This document shows, in pieces, positions 11,600 to 22,621 of a stretch of 29,059 nt of DNA. The DNA is taken from positions 1-29,059 of the forward strand of contig NIVC01004995.1 of the NCBI GenBank assembly GCA_002269645.1, in the 5' to 3' direction. The notes below the pieces were generated by a model, which did no database searches, was not told where the DNA came from, and saw only the letters and a program-made list of their open reading frames with translations. The first letter of the stretch is position 1. Every line of letters begins with the position of its first letter. A program made the translations under genes and the position numbers. Source of the DNA: Macrostomum lignano. Its lineage: Eukaryota.

Positions 11600-12050
11600 A
11601 ATCGCAGATATTGTACCCTCAGGGAGCTTGAAATCTTGGCGCGACTGGGATCATAATCAGCCCCTGAACTCAACCAGCAGTCTGTTGCTCAAGATGTTGC
11701 TCAAGAACATCAGAAGGACTACATCAGCACGCTTTCTGATGCTAGCAAAAATGCAGAAGGTTTAACTTCCTGCTTGAACAGATCAGTCTCGCAGTGAAGG
11801 AGAAGCATATTAGTCGAATTTATTCATCAGAAGCGACTGTTTTCTCGGTTTTACTTCAGCTCTGCGACCCACAGAGTGTCGTTGAAAGAGAATATTCTCT
11901 GTTTTCCGTCGGTTAAAACCCTGCAAAACGTTACACGGCGGGTTCAGTGAGAAACTGGGCTTGACAACACCGCCTTTCTGAGTCTCCGTATATCGAAGCT
12001 GAATGCCTTGAAGAAAGCAACCTCTGGTGACCATCGACTTATTACTATTG
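11600..12050 (+). pseudogene. Decayed P-element/THAP9-superfamily transposase fragment
   Basis: From 11761 the frame reads FNFLLEQISLAVKEKHISRIYSSEATVFSVLLQLCDP. After a frameshift, 11882 reads LKENILCFPSVKTLQNVTRRVQ*ETGLDNTAFLSLRISKLN. This matches the recalled family pattern FLxEQ...RxYS...LxLPSxxTL...G. One frameshift and one stop (TGA 11948-11950). Confidence 0.65.
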
Positions 12051-13080
12051 CAGAAGGTCCAAGATTCAACTTATTATCCAAGATTCTATAAATATTATAC
12101 GAGTACAATGAGACTATAAAATTGAATATTTAGTCAGAATTAGACAGGAAAACTGGAATTGTTCCACGGGAAAGATTACAGGGCCATTACGCTCGTACAT
12201 GTATAGGTAGGCTAGGCCCCTATATATGTAGGTACGCCCCACAGAGGTTTCTCATCCAGGCTCTACGAGCTAGTTACAAGGACCACTGTAGTAGGTCCTT
12301 GGCTAGTTATAGAGAAATCTTTGCCAGGAGGTGAGTCAATGTGTATTTAACTTTAAAATAACTTCAAAATTGCTCATTTAAACATTTTTTGCTTTTTCCT
12401 CATAACAAATAAATTAATTTTCGGCCTGGTTGTCTCGCTCTAAGCTAGCTATTGACTCAATACACAAGCTGCTATAAAGCTTATTGGGTTATCGTAGTTT
12501 TAGCTAACTTTAATTGTAACTGTACTCTCACGAATAGATCCTGTCGCTTCGGAAACAAGCTTATACAATTGACTTACATGCAGGATGCAGCTCAAATGCG
12601 AGCTTTTGTCGAAACGTTGACAATCTCCAATGCCAACCGTTTGTCTGCGTCAGTTATTTTCTTTTTTGTCCGGTCCTACAGCTAGCAGAACCGTTCTTAT
12701 ATGTTTAGCCGTACCTACAGCTGAGACTCCGCTTGCAACTTTAGTCACTGCGAATTGCCCTCATTTGACTTTTTCCGAGGCACCTGCTATACACCAATTG
12801 GCTTTGAACCCGAATCTCTACTGATTAAACTTCAAACAACAACGCAGCTCTTTACTGTCCATAAACAGTAAGCTCACATATGCCGCGCGCCTGTCAGTGC
12901 AAACTAAATTTCAGGCACCAGCAACTGCATCACACGACACACGCAATATTCATTTTACAAATAAAAGATAATTAAATCGATTAAATTTTCAAATGTTTTT
13001 TTGAAGTTCAATGTATTTCCGATAACTTCATTGCAGACTTCAAGCGACACTCAGTCAATTGCAGAGCGTACTTGCAGATC

Positions 13081-16000
13081 TTACTGTGAACCAGAGTTTC
13101 CCTTAGTAGCCAGGTAAGGCCTCTGTTCCGTTGGACAGTTCACCCGGTCGTTCAAGACCCAGTCGGTTCGCTTCTTACCAACGGGTTCCAGCTGAAAGCG
13201 TGTAGATGAAGTTGAATGACGCTTGATGCTTCGACTGACATACTTAGTAGGAAGCTAATAGTTGATTTTGGAGACTCATTAATGAATGAAATTCAAACAA
13301 TTGATGAATATAAATATCTCGATGCGACGACTCGACTCATGGAGATAACTTGAATCTCACCATGGTATTCCAAAGAGCCAGTCCGCCAAGCGCATGTCCT
13401 TTGTCGCTCAGGTGGAAGCAGTCGGGCGCAAAGTAGGCCATGTCCGGCTCTCCCTGCCGTGGATTTTTAGGGTAGAAAGAAGTTTCATTCATGAACGAAT
13501 GGTTTACAACAATACCTATTGGACTTATTGGAGCAAATACGCTCATATTGGATTTGTTATTCTTTGTATCTGACGATGATGCATCTGCTTGTGCTTGATT
13601 GAGAAATTATTTTACGCTTTTACGAGTACTCCTGCTGTAACAAACCTTTCATGTATTAAGAAAAATATCGTTGCTTCACTCGAAGTAATCATCTCAAATC
13701 TTTAAAAAACATCAAACTTATGTTTGGTTAAATCCTTTAAATCTGTACCAAGGATGTCTGCCTTAGCCAATTGTTTGTACCACACATTCAAACTAAAAAA
13801 CATGCCCTGACGCACATTCGGTAGAGTAGGTGGGGTAATTTCGCGAAGGAAGGGCTGCAGAACAACAGTGAAGTCGGACTTTCGAGTCCATTTGGGATCT
13901 TCAGCAATCCTCCTGGCACGCCGCTGAAGCTCCATCGAGTACTCATAGACCTCCTCTTTGGACAATGTGGAACCGCATTTGCACCAGAAAGTCCTGCGCG
14001 TTTGTTTGCGAGTGTAATGTACATAGATTAGTTGCCATTATACATCAATTAAAGCTTAGTGCTTTAGTGCTAAGCTACAGATATTAAAAAAACTGCATGA
14101 GTTGTGCATTACTGGAAATTTCATTCCCAATGCCCTGCCCAAATACAAACTGAAAACAGTGCAATTTACTCACTGAAGCAAAGCTTTGCAGACAAGACTC
14201 TGATCCTTCAGATCATTAACTGCTGCCACATCCATCATCTCAATGAGATTGACAAACGCTCGAGGCACATTGTCGTACAGGTAATCCAAAGCAGTTCTAA
14301 TGTGCTTCTCATAATTTTCTACAGAGAATCTGCTGGGATCCTTGCAGTGGTCGCAGACGTCGTTGCCTCCGATGAAGAGGTTAATTAGCTTCCAATCGGT
14401 CTCGAATGCCACCTTTTTGTCCTTTTTCATCTTTTCCACCAGTTGTCTGGCTTGGCGAGGCATATCTCTGGAGTACAGAAATTAAAACAAAGTTAAAACA
14501 GTTAAAACAATTGGAACTGCTGATCCTAATAACTATACGAAGTCGATTTAATTAAGTCGATTCCGATCCTTGCCAATGAAGTCATGCACATTCACAGTTT
14601 ATCTAACACGATCTAAAAATTTCTATAAGGCCCATCAAAATCGACTCAGTCGGGATTTTAAACACATAGTCGATAGCAACAGGCTTACTCAGCTCTGTTG
14701 CCCACCACAGCCTCGTTGAAGCCGGCGAAGACGCCGTCCGGGCCACTAATGCCAGTCGAGAAACCGGTGAGTTTTGGGTTGAACTTCTTCAGCACGGCTG
14801 AAATGGTGCGGAACGATTTCTTAATTGGTAACAGCAAAGCATAGACATGTGTATTTTTTGCTTGTTAGATGCCAGAAATTACATGTAAACTTTACTTCGA
14901 CTGATGTCCTCTTAATAGGGGATCACTAGAAATTATGAGTACTCATACTAGCATCAGGATCGATTTTTATCTCTAATTTTCGAGTTTGCGTTCATTTTCA
15001 TAATTTTACATTGATTTTCCGACTTAACTTGGCATAGTAGTGTGCTGAGACAAGTCTTCTTTGCCGCCCATGGTAAAACTGTGGCCCCGGTATTGCGTAA
15101 AGATGGTGAGCAGATTCTTGGAGTAAATGCCCATGCCAGCGGTGAGAGAGTCGCCGATGGCTCCAACAACATCGATATCAGCTGGCCGCAGTTTGTCAAC
15201 GTTAGTCGGCGGACTGTGGCTGCGAACGACATCGCAGTTAAAAGCGGATCCAGTCTGAATTTTTTACCTTTCATAGTTTTAGCTTTTCTTCGACATTAAA
15301 ATCAACCTGAGCTAGATACATGAGTACGAGTATTTTATCCACTATTATTCATTCAAATTATACGTATCATTTAAAGTACATATAGTTGTCAGCATGCAAC
15401 CGATTCTTTTTAAAAATTAATAAACAGTTAACTGGCAAATATTCAACTTTAGTAAAAAGCCAACTTTCAGTTACTTAGAGCTAAATGAACACTCAATGTT
15501 TTACCGTTGGAACAGCGGCAGTTGCGTGCTTCTCACGGGCGGCGTTCCACTTGCGCTCGTGCTCAATTCTGTGCCGCTTCAGCTTGTCAGAGGCATACAG
15601 TGCGGTCACAGCGCTCTGCAGCACACGCAGATAAGTTTCACCTGTAGTAATGTTGGATTAGCATGTTGAAAATATATGGCTGCTTTTTATGCCATGTTTT
15701 TCGGTTCTAAGACATTTTAGGTGAGAATAGTCATTCAAAAAACTACAATGAATTGTCTTCAGACAGTTATAGCAACTGCGTGACAGTGACTGGATACAAC
15801 TAAGACCGTAATTTTTTAAATTGAATGTGCAGGTAGAAGAACGTAATTTAATCGTTTAATTAAATTTGCTTTGATGCATAATGTCAAAAACGACCCGACA
15901 GAATGCTTGAAGGTCAAAAATCCAGCGCTAGCATCAAGACACCATGGTTTTAGTTCCGGATTTAGGTCCGGATTTTGTACATGGTCACCTGGTGGCATCA

Positions 16001-16387
16001 ACTGTTGGGAGCAACATAGAGCCATATAAGTTGCAGTTCACGTACCATCCATTATACGACAGAAATAGTATGAAAATCGGTGCCCAGATTCACTTACCTG
16101 CAGGGATGACTTCGTTGTCAAACGGTACCGCTTGTCTCAGAGTATCCACAATTTCCGCAAGATCTTCCTCGGACCGATCCCGTGATTTTGCTGATTCTGA
16201 AGATATGCAATTGAATTACGAAATACAGCATTATTCTAAATCTACAAACTACTATTTGATAAATAAGGTTCTTAAAAGTACATGCAGTCCTAGCTGTTTC
16301 CTTTAGCTTACCCTGAGCTTGAGTCAGTGTCGGCAGCCAACAAGCCAATAAAAGACAAGTAGTCGCAACTAAAATATTCAGCTGCAT
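13081..16387 (-). CDS. PLB1: Phospholipase B1-like secreted GDSL/SGNH lipase, single catalytic repeat, 440 aa
   Basis: Nine GT-AG, phase-consistent exons: 16387-16312, 16196-16098, 15641-15505, 15254-15029, 14797-14689, 14467-14174, 13993-13816, 13453-13361, 13191-13081 (total 1323 nt). Signal-peptide-like start MQLNILVATTCLLLACWLPTLTQA. Motifs: LRPADIDVVGAIGDSLTAG (block I Ser), FNEAVVG (block II), IGGNDVC (block III), FAPDCFHLS (DxxH). Confidence 0.92.
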
Positions 16388-16992
16388 CACGACGACTTAA
16401 TGGTACCTGCTTTTTTGTGGAAAAAACCTTCAAACTTGAAATAAAAGCTGGACTACGCTTATAGGAACCGTCCTTTACTTTTTATACCCTCATAGCGATG
16501 ACCTTTGTACTATCAGGAATTGCATATATGATAAGTTTTATCGGTTTACAAACTGCCGCAACAGTTGCACCACCAATAGCTACTACAGTGGCGCCACCAC
16601 ACTCAGAAAGAGCAACGCAAATGGGAAAACAAATTTGTGACATTTCCTCGTACTGATTATTAATGTGCATGTCTTGAGCCGTTTTTCTAACTTTTTTTCC
16701 GAAAAGCAACTGGTTGTTTCACATTTATCCTGTCTCACTTAAAACTGCAGGAGCATTCTAGAGTATATAGCTATATGTACGAGCTAGATTAGCTAAAACA
16801 CGTAATAGTTGAAAGGCTTGTATCATACTATTATCATAGATGTACAGTGTACATCCAGGCGTTTTCATAAAAACAAAGACATGTAGCATAAGATATGCAA
16901 GACCATGCAAATAGACTTCAGATACCAATGCTTGCAACTACGAGCCGGTTCTCATTAAGTTCTCGGAAAGATGTACTTCGCATTAATTGGGT

Positions 16993-17955
16993 TCAGTTGA
17001 AATTTGATTCCAAGTATTTTTGCATTCGCTGGAACGACGAGTTAAAGCCCCTCCTTAAATCAGCTTTTTGGAACGAGTCCAACTCAGCTCGCAGGGCATC
17101 CACAAGCTCCTCCCTTGAGTAAAATCGCCTTCCCTTCAAGTTCTTCTTCATTTTGTGCAAGAGGAACAGTTCGCAAGGCGAGTAAGCCGTGCTGAAACTG
17201 TGTTGTCTGCAAGAATTGCTGGGCCAACCCTCCGGTGCGCTGTTGTGGTTAAGGAAGATGCCCTTTTACTCGGTTTTGGCCGCTCTTGAGTAGACGGTGC
17301 TGTATCATTAAATATTCATTGTAGCTCTGCGCTCGAGCAACACCAACCGCAAGATGCCACAGCGACGGAAAAAGATGACGGAAGTACTTCCCAACGCTTC
17401 GCTCGCGGCGAACTTTCAGCGGTGCATCCTCGTCACTGGTGACCCACTGACGGCTGTCTAGTCTCCGGGTCGCAGAATTAGACCCAGGTTTCTTAACCTG
17501 TGCGAATATTGTTCAGTAATTTTGAGGCAAAGCCATCAAATTTGTCGAGCATGAGACGCGCGATCTCCATGCGGGCCTGCTTCTGAGCGACACTGAGGGG
17601 CACCCAGAGCGCGGACGCAGCATCCCGACGAGGTGATCGTTTAGGCAGGATCTTAAACAATGGTTGAATCCGACACCCCGACAAGATTCTCTAACCGTCG
17701 AATCGTCACTCACCGATCTTCGTATAGGTGTCACTACACGATAGCAACGACTTTATCTGTAACGACGAAACTTCGACGGACTTCGCGGGGTTCTCCATAC
17801 AGACTGGCCGAGTCGCAGCGGAAGCGGCTGAACTAAGCCGTAGACTATCGCCATAGACGGCCGCTTTGTCACCGAAGGCTGAACAGAGCGTATGATGGCA
17901 AGCAGCCGCCGTACTGTGCCCAGTCGAAACGGGACGAGGATAGCGTTGCGCCTGT
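16993..17955 (-). mobile_element. Decayed mariner (Tc1/mariner) transposase; possible element limits 16939-18129
   Basis: Joined across frameshifts and stops: RNAIL..FRLG, AFGDKA, FSRFRCDSASLYGEPR, STVRE..VG...LNDHLVGM, LWVPLSVAQKQARMEIA (WVPxxL), LNNIRTG*ETWV*FCDPET (GDETW), KGIFLNHNSAP (HDNA), AYSPCELFLLHKMKKNLKGRRFYSREEL. TACGAG at 16939 and CTCGTA ending 18129 are candidate termini, but only 6 bp match. Confidence 0.85.
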
Positions 17956-18814
17956 CTCGATCAGCCAGGGTGGGCACAGTGCAGGGAAAACTAGAACCTT
18001 TTCTATAGTTGTCCCTGGGTGGGCAGTGGTGGCAGCAATTCAGCAGAACTTTGGCCACTTCGGCACATCATGATGGCCGATGAAGCGGAAATTTTGCATT
18101 GCCTTGCCCCATTTGCATTGCCCCTCGTATCAATGGTCATAGCTTGTGCAGAGTGCATAGGGAGAATTTCGTGGTGCTGTACGTCTTTAAATCTCTTATT
18201 TCTGAAATTCATGAAGGTTTATTCAACTAATAAATCGATTCATTCATATATAAAAATAGGGAAAATTTGTCTTCTGTGTCTCATTTAGTAGTATGTGTAG
18301 AGTACGGAGGGAAAAATAAAGTTTGCAGATATCTTTTGGAACTCTCATCGGACACACTACTAAAATGAGTTCGTCCCGAATCGGGAAATACCGGCTGAGT
18401 CCGGGTTCCTCTTGCTCCTTGTGCCCCTCACCAACCCCTTGGCTTGGGAGCTTTTAGAGCTGGATAGCGAAAAAGCGTTGAGGCTTGCAGCCCTATAGGA
18501 GGATTATGCAGTTGCCTACCTGATAGGAGACTCGCCCATCGCAATAAGCTTCCAGACTCGCTCCAATCTAAAGCATTCTTTCCGTAGACTTCGGGCTTTC
18601 CCGCTCTCGGACCGCTTTCCAAAATTTTTCCAAAATTTTTCGCGCACTCGGGACTTGTCGCTAGGGCTTGCTTGGGTGGACTCGGTCCTAGCACCGTCCC
18701 TGATTCCATTATGGGTTGGCGGTGTCTTAGTCCATAGGCTTGGGTTAGTAGCGTCCAATAAGGCTCCACCAGGCCTTGAGTCCTGGTCCCAATCTAGGCT
18801 GCTCGGGCTTGCTC

Positions 18815-18886
18815 GGGCTTATCTACCAGGGGCAGATAAGCCCTAAACATCTACCAGGGGCTTATCTGCCCCTGGTAGATAAGCCC
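18815..18886. repeat. Perfect 29-bp inverted repeat (14-bp spacer); each arm is itself a 10-bp-stem palindrome
   Basis: 18815-18843 GGGCTTATCTACCAGGGGCAGATAAGCCC is the exact reverse complement of 18858-18886. Confidence 0.95.
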
Positions 18887-19758
18887 CCTACAAGATCCAG
18901 CGGCAGAGCCAGAGCCCTCCTCCGGGCTGATCCGCGGGTAGCACTGCTTCCCACCCCCCGTTTTAACAACAATAGATTGGGACTAATTTCAATTTCGAGT
19001 ACCAGCCAACCGAAAGGAATACGAGCTAGCTAAGACGAGTTATCTAATACATACCCTCCACTGATGTATCTTAATGCATCCTAAGGTATTCTGGCTGGGA
19101 ATCCCATTCTGTTCAAAAACAGCTTTAATTGTCCGAGACCGAATACGCAGAATTCTGTTACCGTTTCCGTGGTTGTAATGTTAAGTCTCTACAGCCTCTG
19201 TCGTTTAGGGGGAGGGGGCTTGCTCTAGCTGTAGGACCAGTTGGAGAGTGAACCCCGTCATTCTGTAAGAGCTAATACTGTAACACTACTCAAATGAACT
19301 TATATTTTTTACATGTAGAAAACCAACCCTGTATAAGATCAATCAATAACTTGGCGACAAGCGGTGCCGATTAAGGGGATGATGAAGCAGTGGGGCAAAG
19401 AAATTTGATTCTGTACGTGTACTGAGAAGATCGAAGCAAGTCTCTCTCAAAGGTGCAAAACTTTTAATTTTCCACTTGGAGATAATGAGACTAGCTGTAA
19501 CGGCTTAGCTTCATGGGGCAAGCAGCCTACTCGTAGACTCCTAGACGCAACTCTAGTGAACAAGAATGTTTTTCTGAAACACTTACTTGCGTACTACATG
19601 TATAGGTATGAATGAACCAGAATCCTATATAATTGAAAACAGACTATACATGTATGCGGCACTGCATGTATAAATCGTTAGTTGTGGCTTCCTCTTACTC
19701 CATGATCAGTGTGACCAATTTTTTAGCGACATTAACTACTGAATACTACGAGCGTAGC

Positions 19759-19828
19759 TGTTAACTGCATGCTATTGTAGTTATAGCTCGTATATGTTAA
19801 CTGCATGCTATTGTAGTTATAGCTCGTA
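19759..19828 (+). repeat. 34-bp direct duplication (period 36)
   Basis: TGTTAACTGCATGCTATTGTAGTTATAGCTCGTA at 19759-19792 and 19795-19828. Confidence 0.95.
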
Positions 19829-20518
19829 GATAACAACGCATTCTAAGAAATTTGGTGAGAGGGGATTCTGGGGTCAAGACCCAAAAGGTGGCAGGTGGGC
19901 GGGCCTGTATTTTAACGAAAATTCGCTTGGTTCCCTTTGTAGTTTTTGGAGTCTCCGCCGAAAGAGGGCCCTCCTTAACTTGTTGTACCCCTTGCTCAGA
20001 GTTTTTTCGTACCTACATCTGTACTATGTAACATATACTGCTGTGTACTGGGCCCACATTAGCTATGCTTTCTGTTCATAAAAATAAACGCAGCATACTA
20101 CTAGAAGTAGATGTAACCACATGACGTCCAAAAAATAGTGTTTTCATTTTAGTCAACTCTAAGAGATATATAGCCGAGAGTTTTCCTCCCATGTAAGAAT
20201 AACGACCTTGAATGGTAAAAAAGTTAAGCTTGTTTTTTGCGCTATTTTATCCTTGATTAGCAGTTTTTATAAATTTTTCAGCGAAAAGCTAAACCCATTT
20301 ACACAAAAACTAAGCAATTAACGTCAAATATTGAATGCACTATAGTGTAAGCTTTTTAGGATCTACTTTGCGCAACTTCAATGAATGCAAATCGTTCCAA
20401 GAAACATGCAATATTTAAGCTTACCCGCAATAATACTTTCGGTATCACACTCGAGTCTAATTACAAAACAGTTTCTATTTACTCACTAAATTTGACCGAC
20501 TAACGATCAAAGATCAAA

Positions 20519-22621
20519 ATGTCTGACTGGCTTGCTTCATCTGGTGTGTCGAACCGTGATGATTTGGTCTACATGGCAAAACTTGCCGAGCAGGCAGAAC
20601 GATATGATGACATGGCAGCTGCTATGAAGTCTGTAACAGAGAAGGGACAAGAGCTTGGAAACGAAGAAAGGAACTTGCTTTCTGTGGCCTACAAGAACGT
20701 CGTTGGTGCCAGGCGTTCTTCATGGAGGGTGATTTCCAGCATTGAGAGCAAGACCGAAGGCCATGAAAGGAAACAGTCCACTGCAAAAGAATATCGTCAG
20801 AAGATTGAAGCTGAACTTCAAAAAGTATGCAAGGAAGTATTGGTAAGTAGGCCCATAGAAACGGCATTATGACTATATTCTCTACTTTACTTTTTGCTCA
20901 CATTTAGACCATAAAGTATTAGTTAATGTAATTTTAATTTCTCTTAAAATTAACCATTGCATTGATAATGCTTATGGCATTTTATTAATTTAATAAGTTA
21001 TAAATTATAAAGTAATACATAGTAGATAATTATATTTAATTATGGCTATTATATAAATACTATATATAGTATAGTAATTTTGTATTTATATATAACTAGC
21101 AACTTACTTAGAAAACTGTCAACTATTTTTAGCTTAGTTAGTTCAACCTAGACAGCATCTCATCTTGAAAAAACAAATATCTATTTGAAAGGTATGTTTT
21201 GTTGTATCATTATGATTAATATATTTTTACAAAAGTTTGGCTATTTTGGCGTACCACTTTGGTGTACCACTTTGAGCTTGAGAAATTTTTTGGCATACCA
21301 ATTTTGGAGGAATAAATTCATGCTGTGTATAAAAATTGTAATGTAAATTAACCCTTTTTAGTTTTTATGTAAAATGAAGGAAAATTTGTATAGTCTAAAA
21401 AGTCAGTGATAAACTTTTTGCTTTTTTTATATTAACATTGAATAAAACTTGTGTAAATTATTGCTAAGAATGTAAATATTTGCTTTCTTTTTTCTGTAGG
21501 GTTAAATTAAATTTGTTTAAAATGAAAATATTCGTTATATTTAAAAGAATTTTCATACAAAAGCCTTTAGAAAACTCTACTTGTGAAAACCAAATGACCT
21601 TTTTAGAAGGAATTTTTGGCATACATTTTAGGGATTTTTTTGTTTTTGGCGTACACTGGCATACATTTAGCTGAGATAGGATTTTTGTTCCGGCATACAC
21701 TACTACACAATCCGAACTGTGGTCAGAATCTTGATCATATGTCTGATAATTTCTATTCTATTTAATATTATATCATTATCAAGTAAAATATATATTATAT
21801 ATTAGCCAAAAATAAACCTTTCTCTAGCTAATAAATGTTGTTGTAACTTATATGCTTTATACAAAGAAAATAGACTATATCAAAATCATTTTCCTATCTT
21901 TAAAGACTGAAAAAATAGCCTTTTATAATAAAACAAGTATTATCATTACTATGCATTATATTTAACATTTGTATAACTTATCTATCATTTTCTTTCATTT
22001 TGTAGAATCTGCTTGATGACTTTCTGATCAAGCAAGCTTCTACCCCAGAGTCGAAGGTCTTTTACTACAAGATGAAAGGTGATTATTACCGTTATCTGGC
22101 TGAAGTTGCCACTGGTGATGAGCGCAAGGATGTCATTGACCAGTCTGAGGGTGCCTACAAGGCTGCCACTGAGCATGCTGAGTCTGAGCTGCCAACCACT
22201 CATCCAATTCGGCTTGGCCTGGCCCTCAACTACTCTGTTTTCTTCTATGAAATCAAGAGTGAATCTGACAAGGCCTGCCAGCTGGCAAAGAAGGTAAATG
22301 AGGCTAATATATTAGCAATTTGATTGTCTCCTCAACTAGCTGGCAAGTAGCTAAGCTATTAATCAAACCACTCGTCTGATTTCCAGGCCTTTGACAATGC
22401 AATCGCCGACTTGGATGAAATTGGCGAGGATTCCTACAAGGATTCGACACTCATTATGCAGCTCCTGCGAGACAACCTGACTGTAGGTTTACTCCATCTA
22501 TTATATGGTGTTTTGCTGTACACTTCAGTGTTTTAAATAACCTTATTTGTATTTGAAAACTACTCCATTTTAGCTGTGGACATCTGAGCAAGGCGGAGAA
22601 GACGGAGAGCAGGATCAGTAA
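20519..22621 (+). CDS. 14-3-3zeta: 14-3-3 protein, zeta/beta-type, 251 aa
   Basis: Exons 20519-20842, 22006-22293, 22387-22482, 22574-22621, all phase 0 and GT-AG. Signatures [72 protein letters not shown]. Confidence 0.97.
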
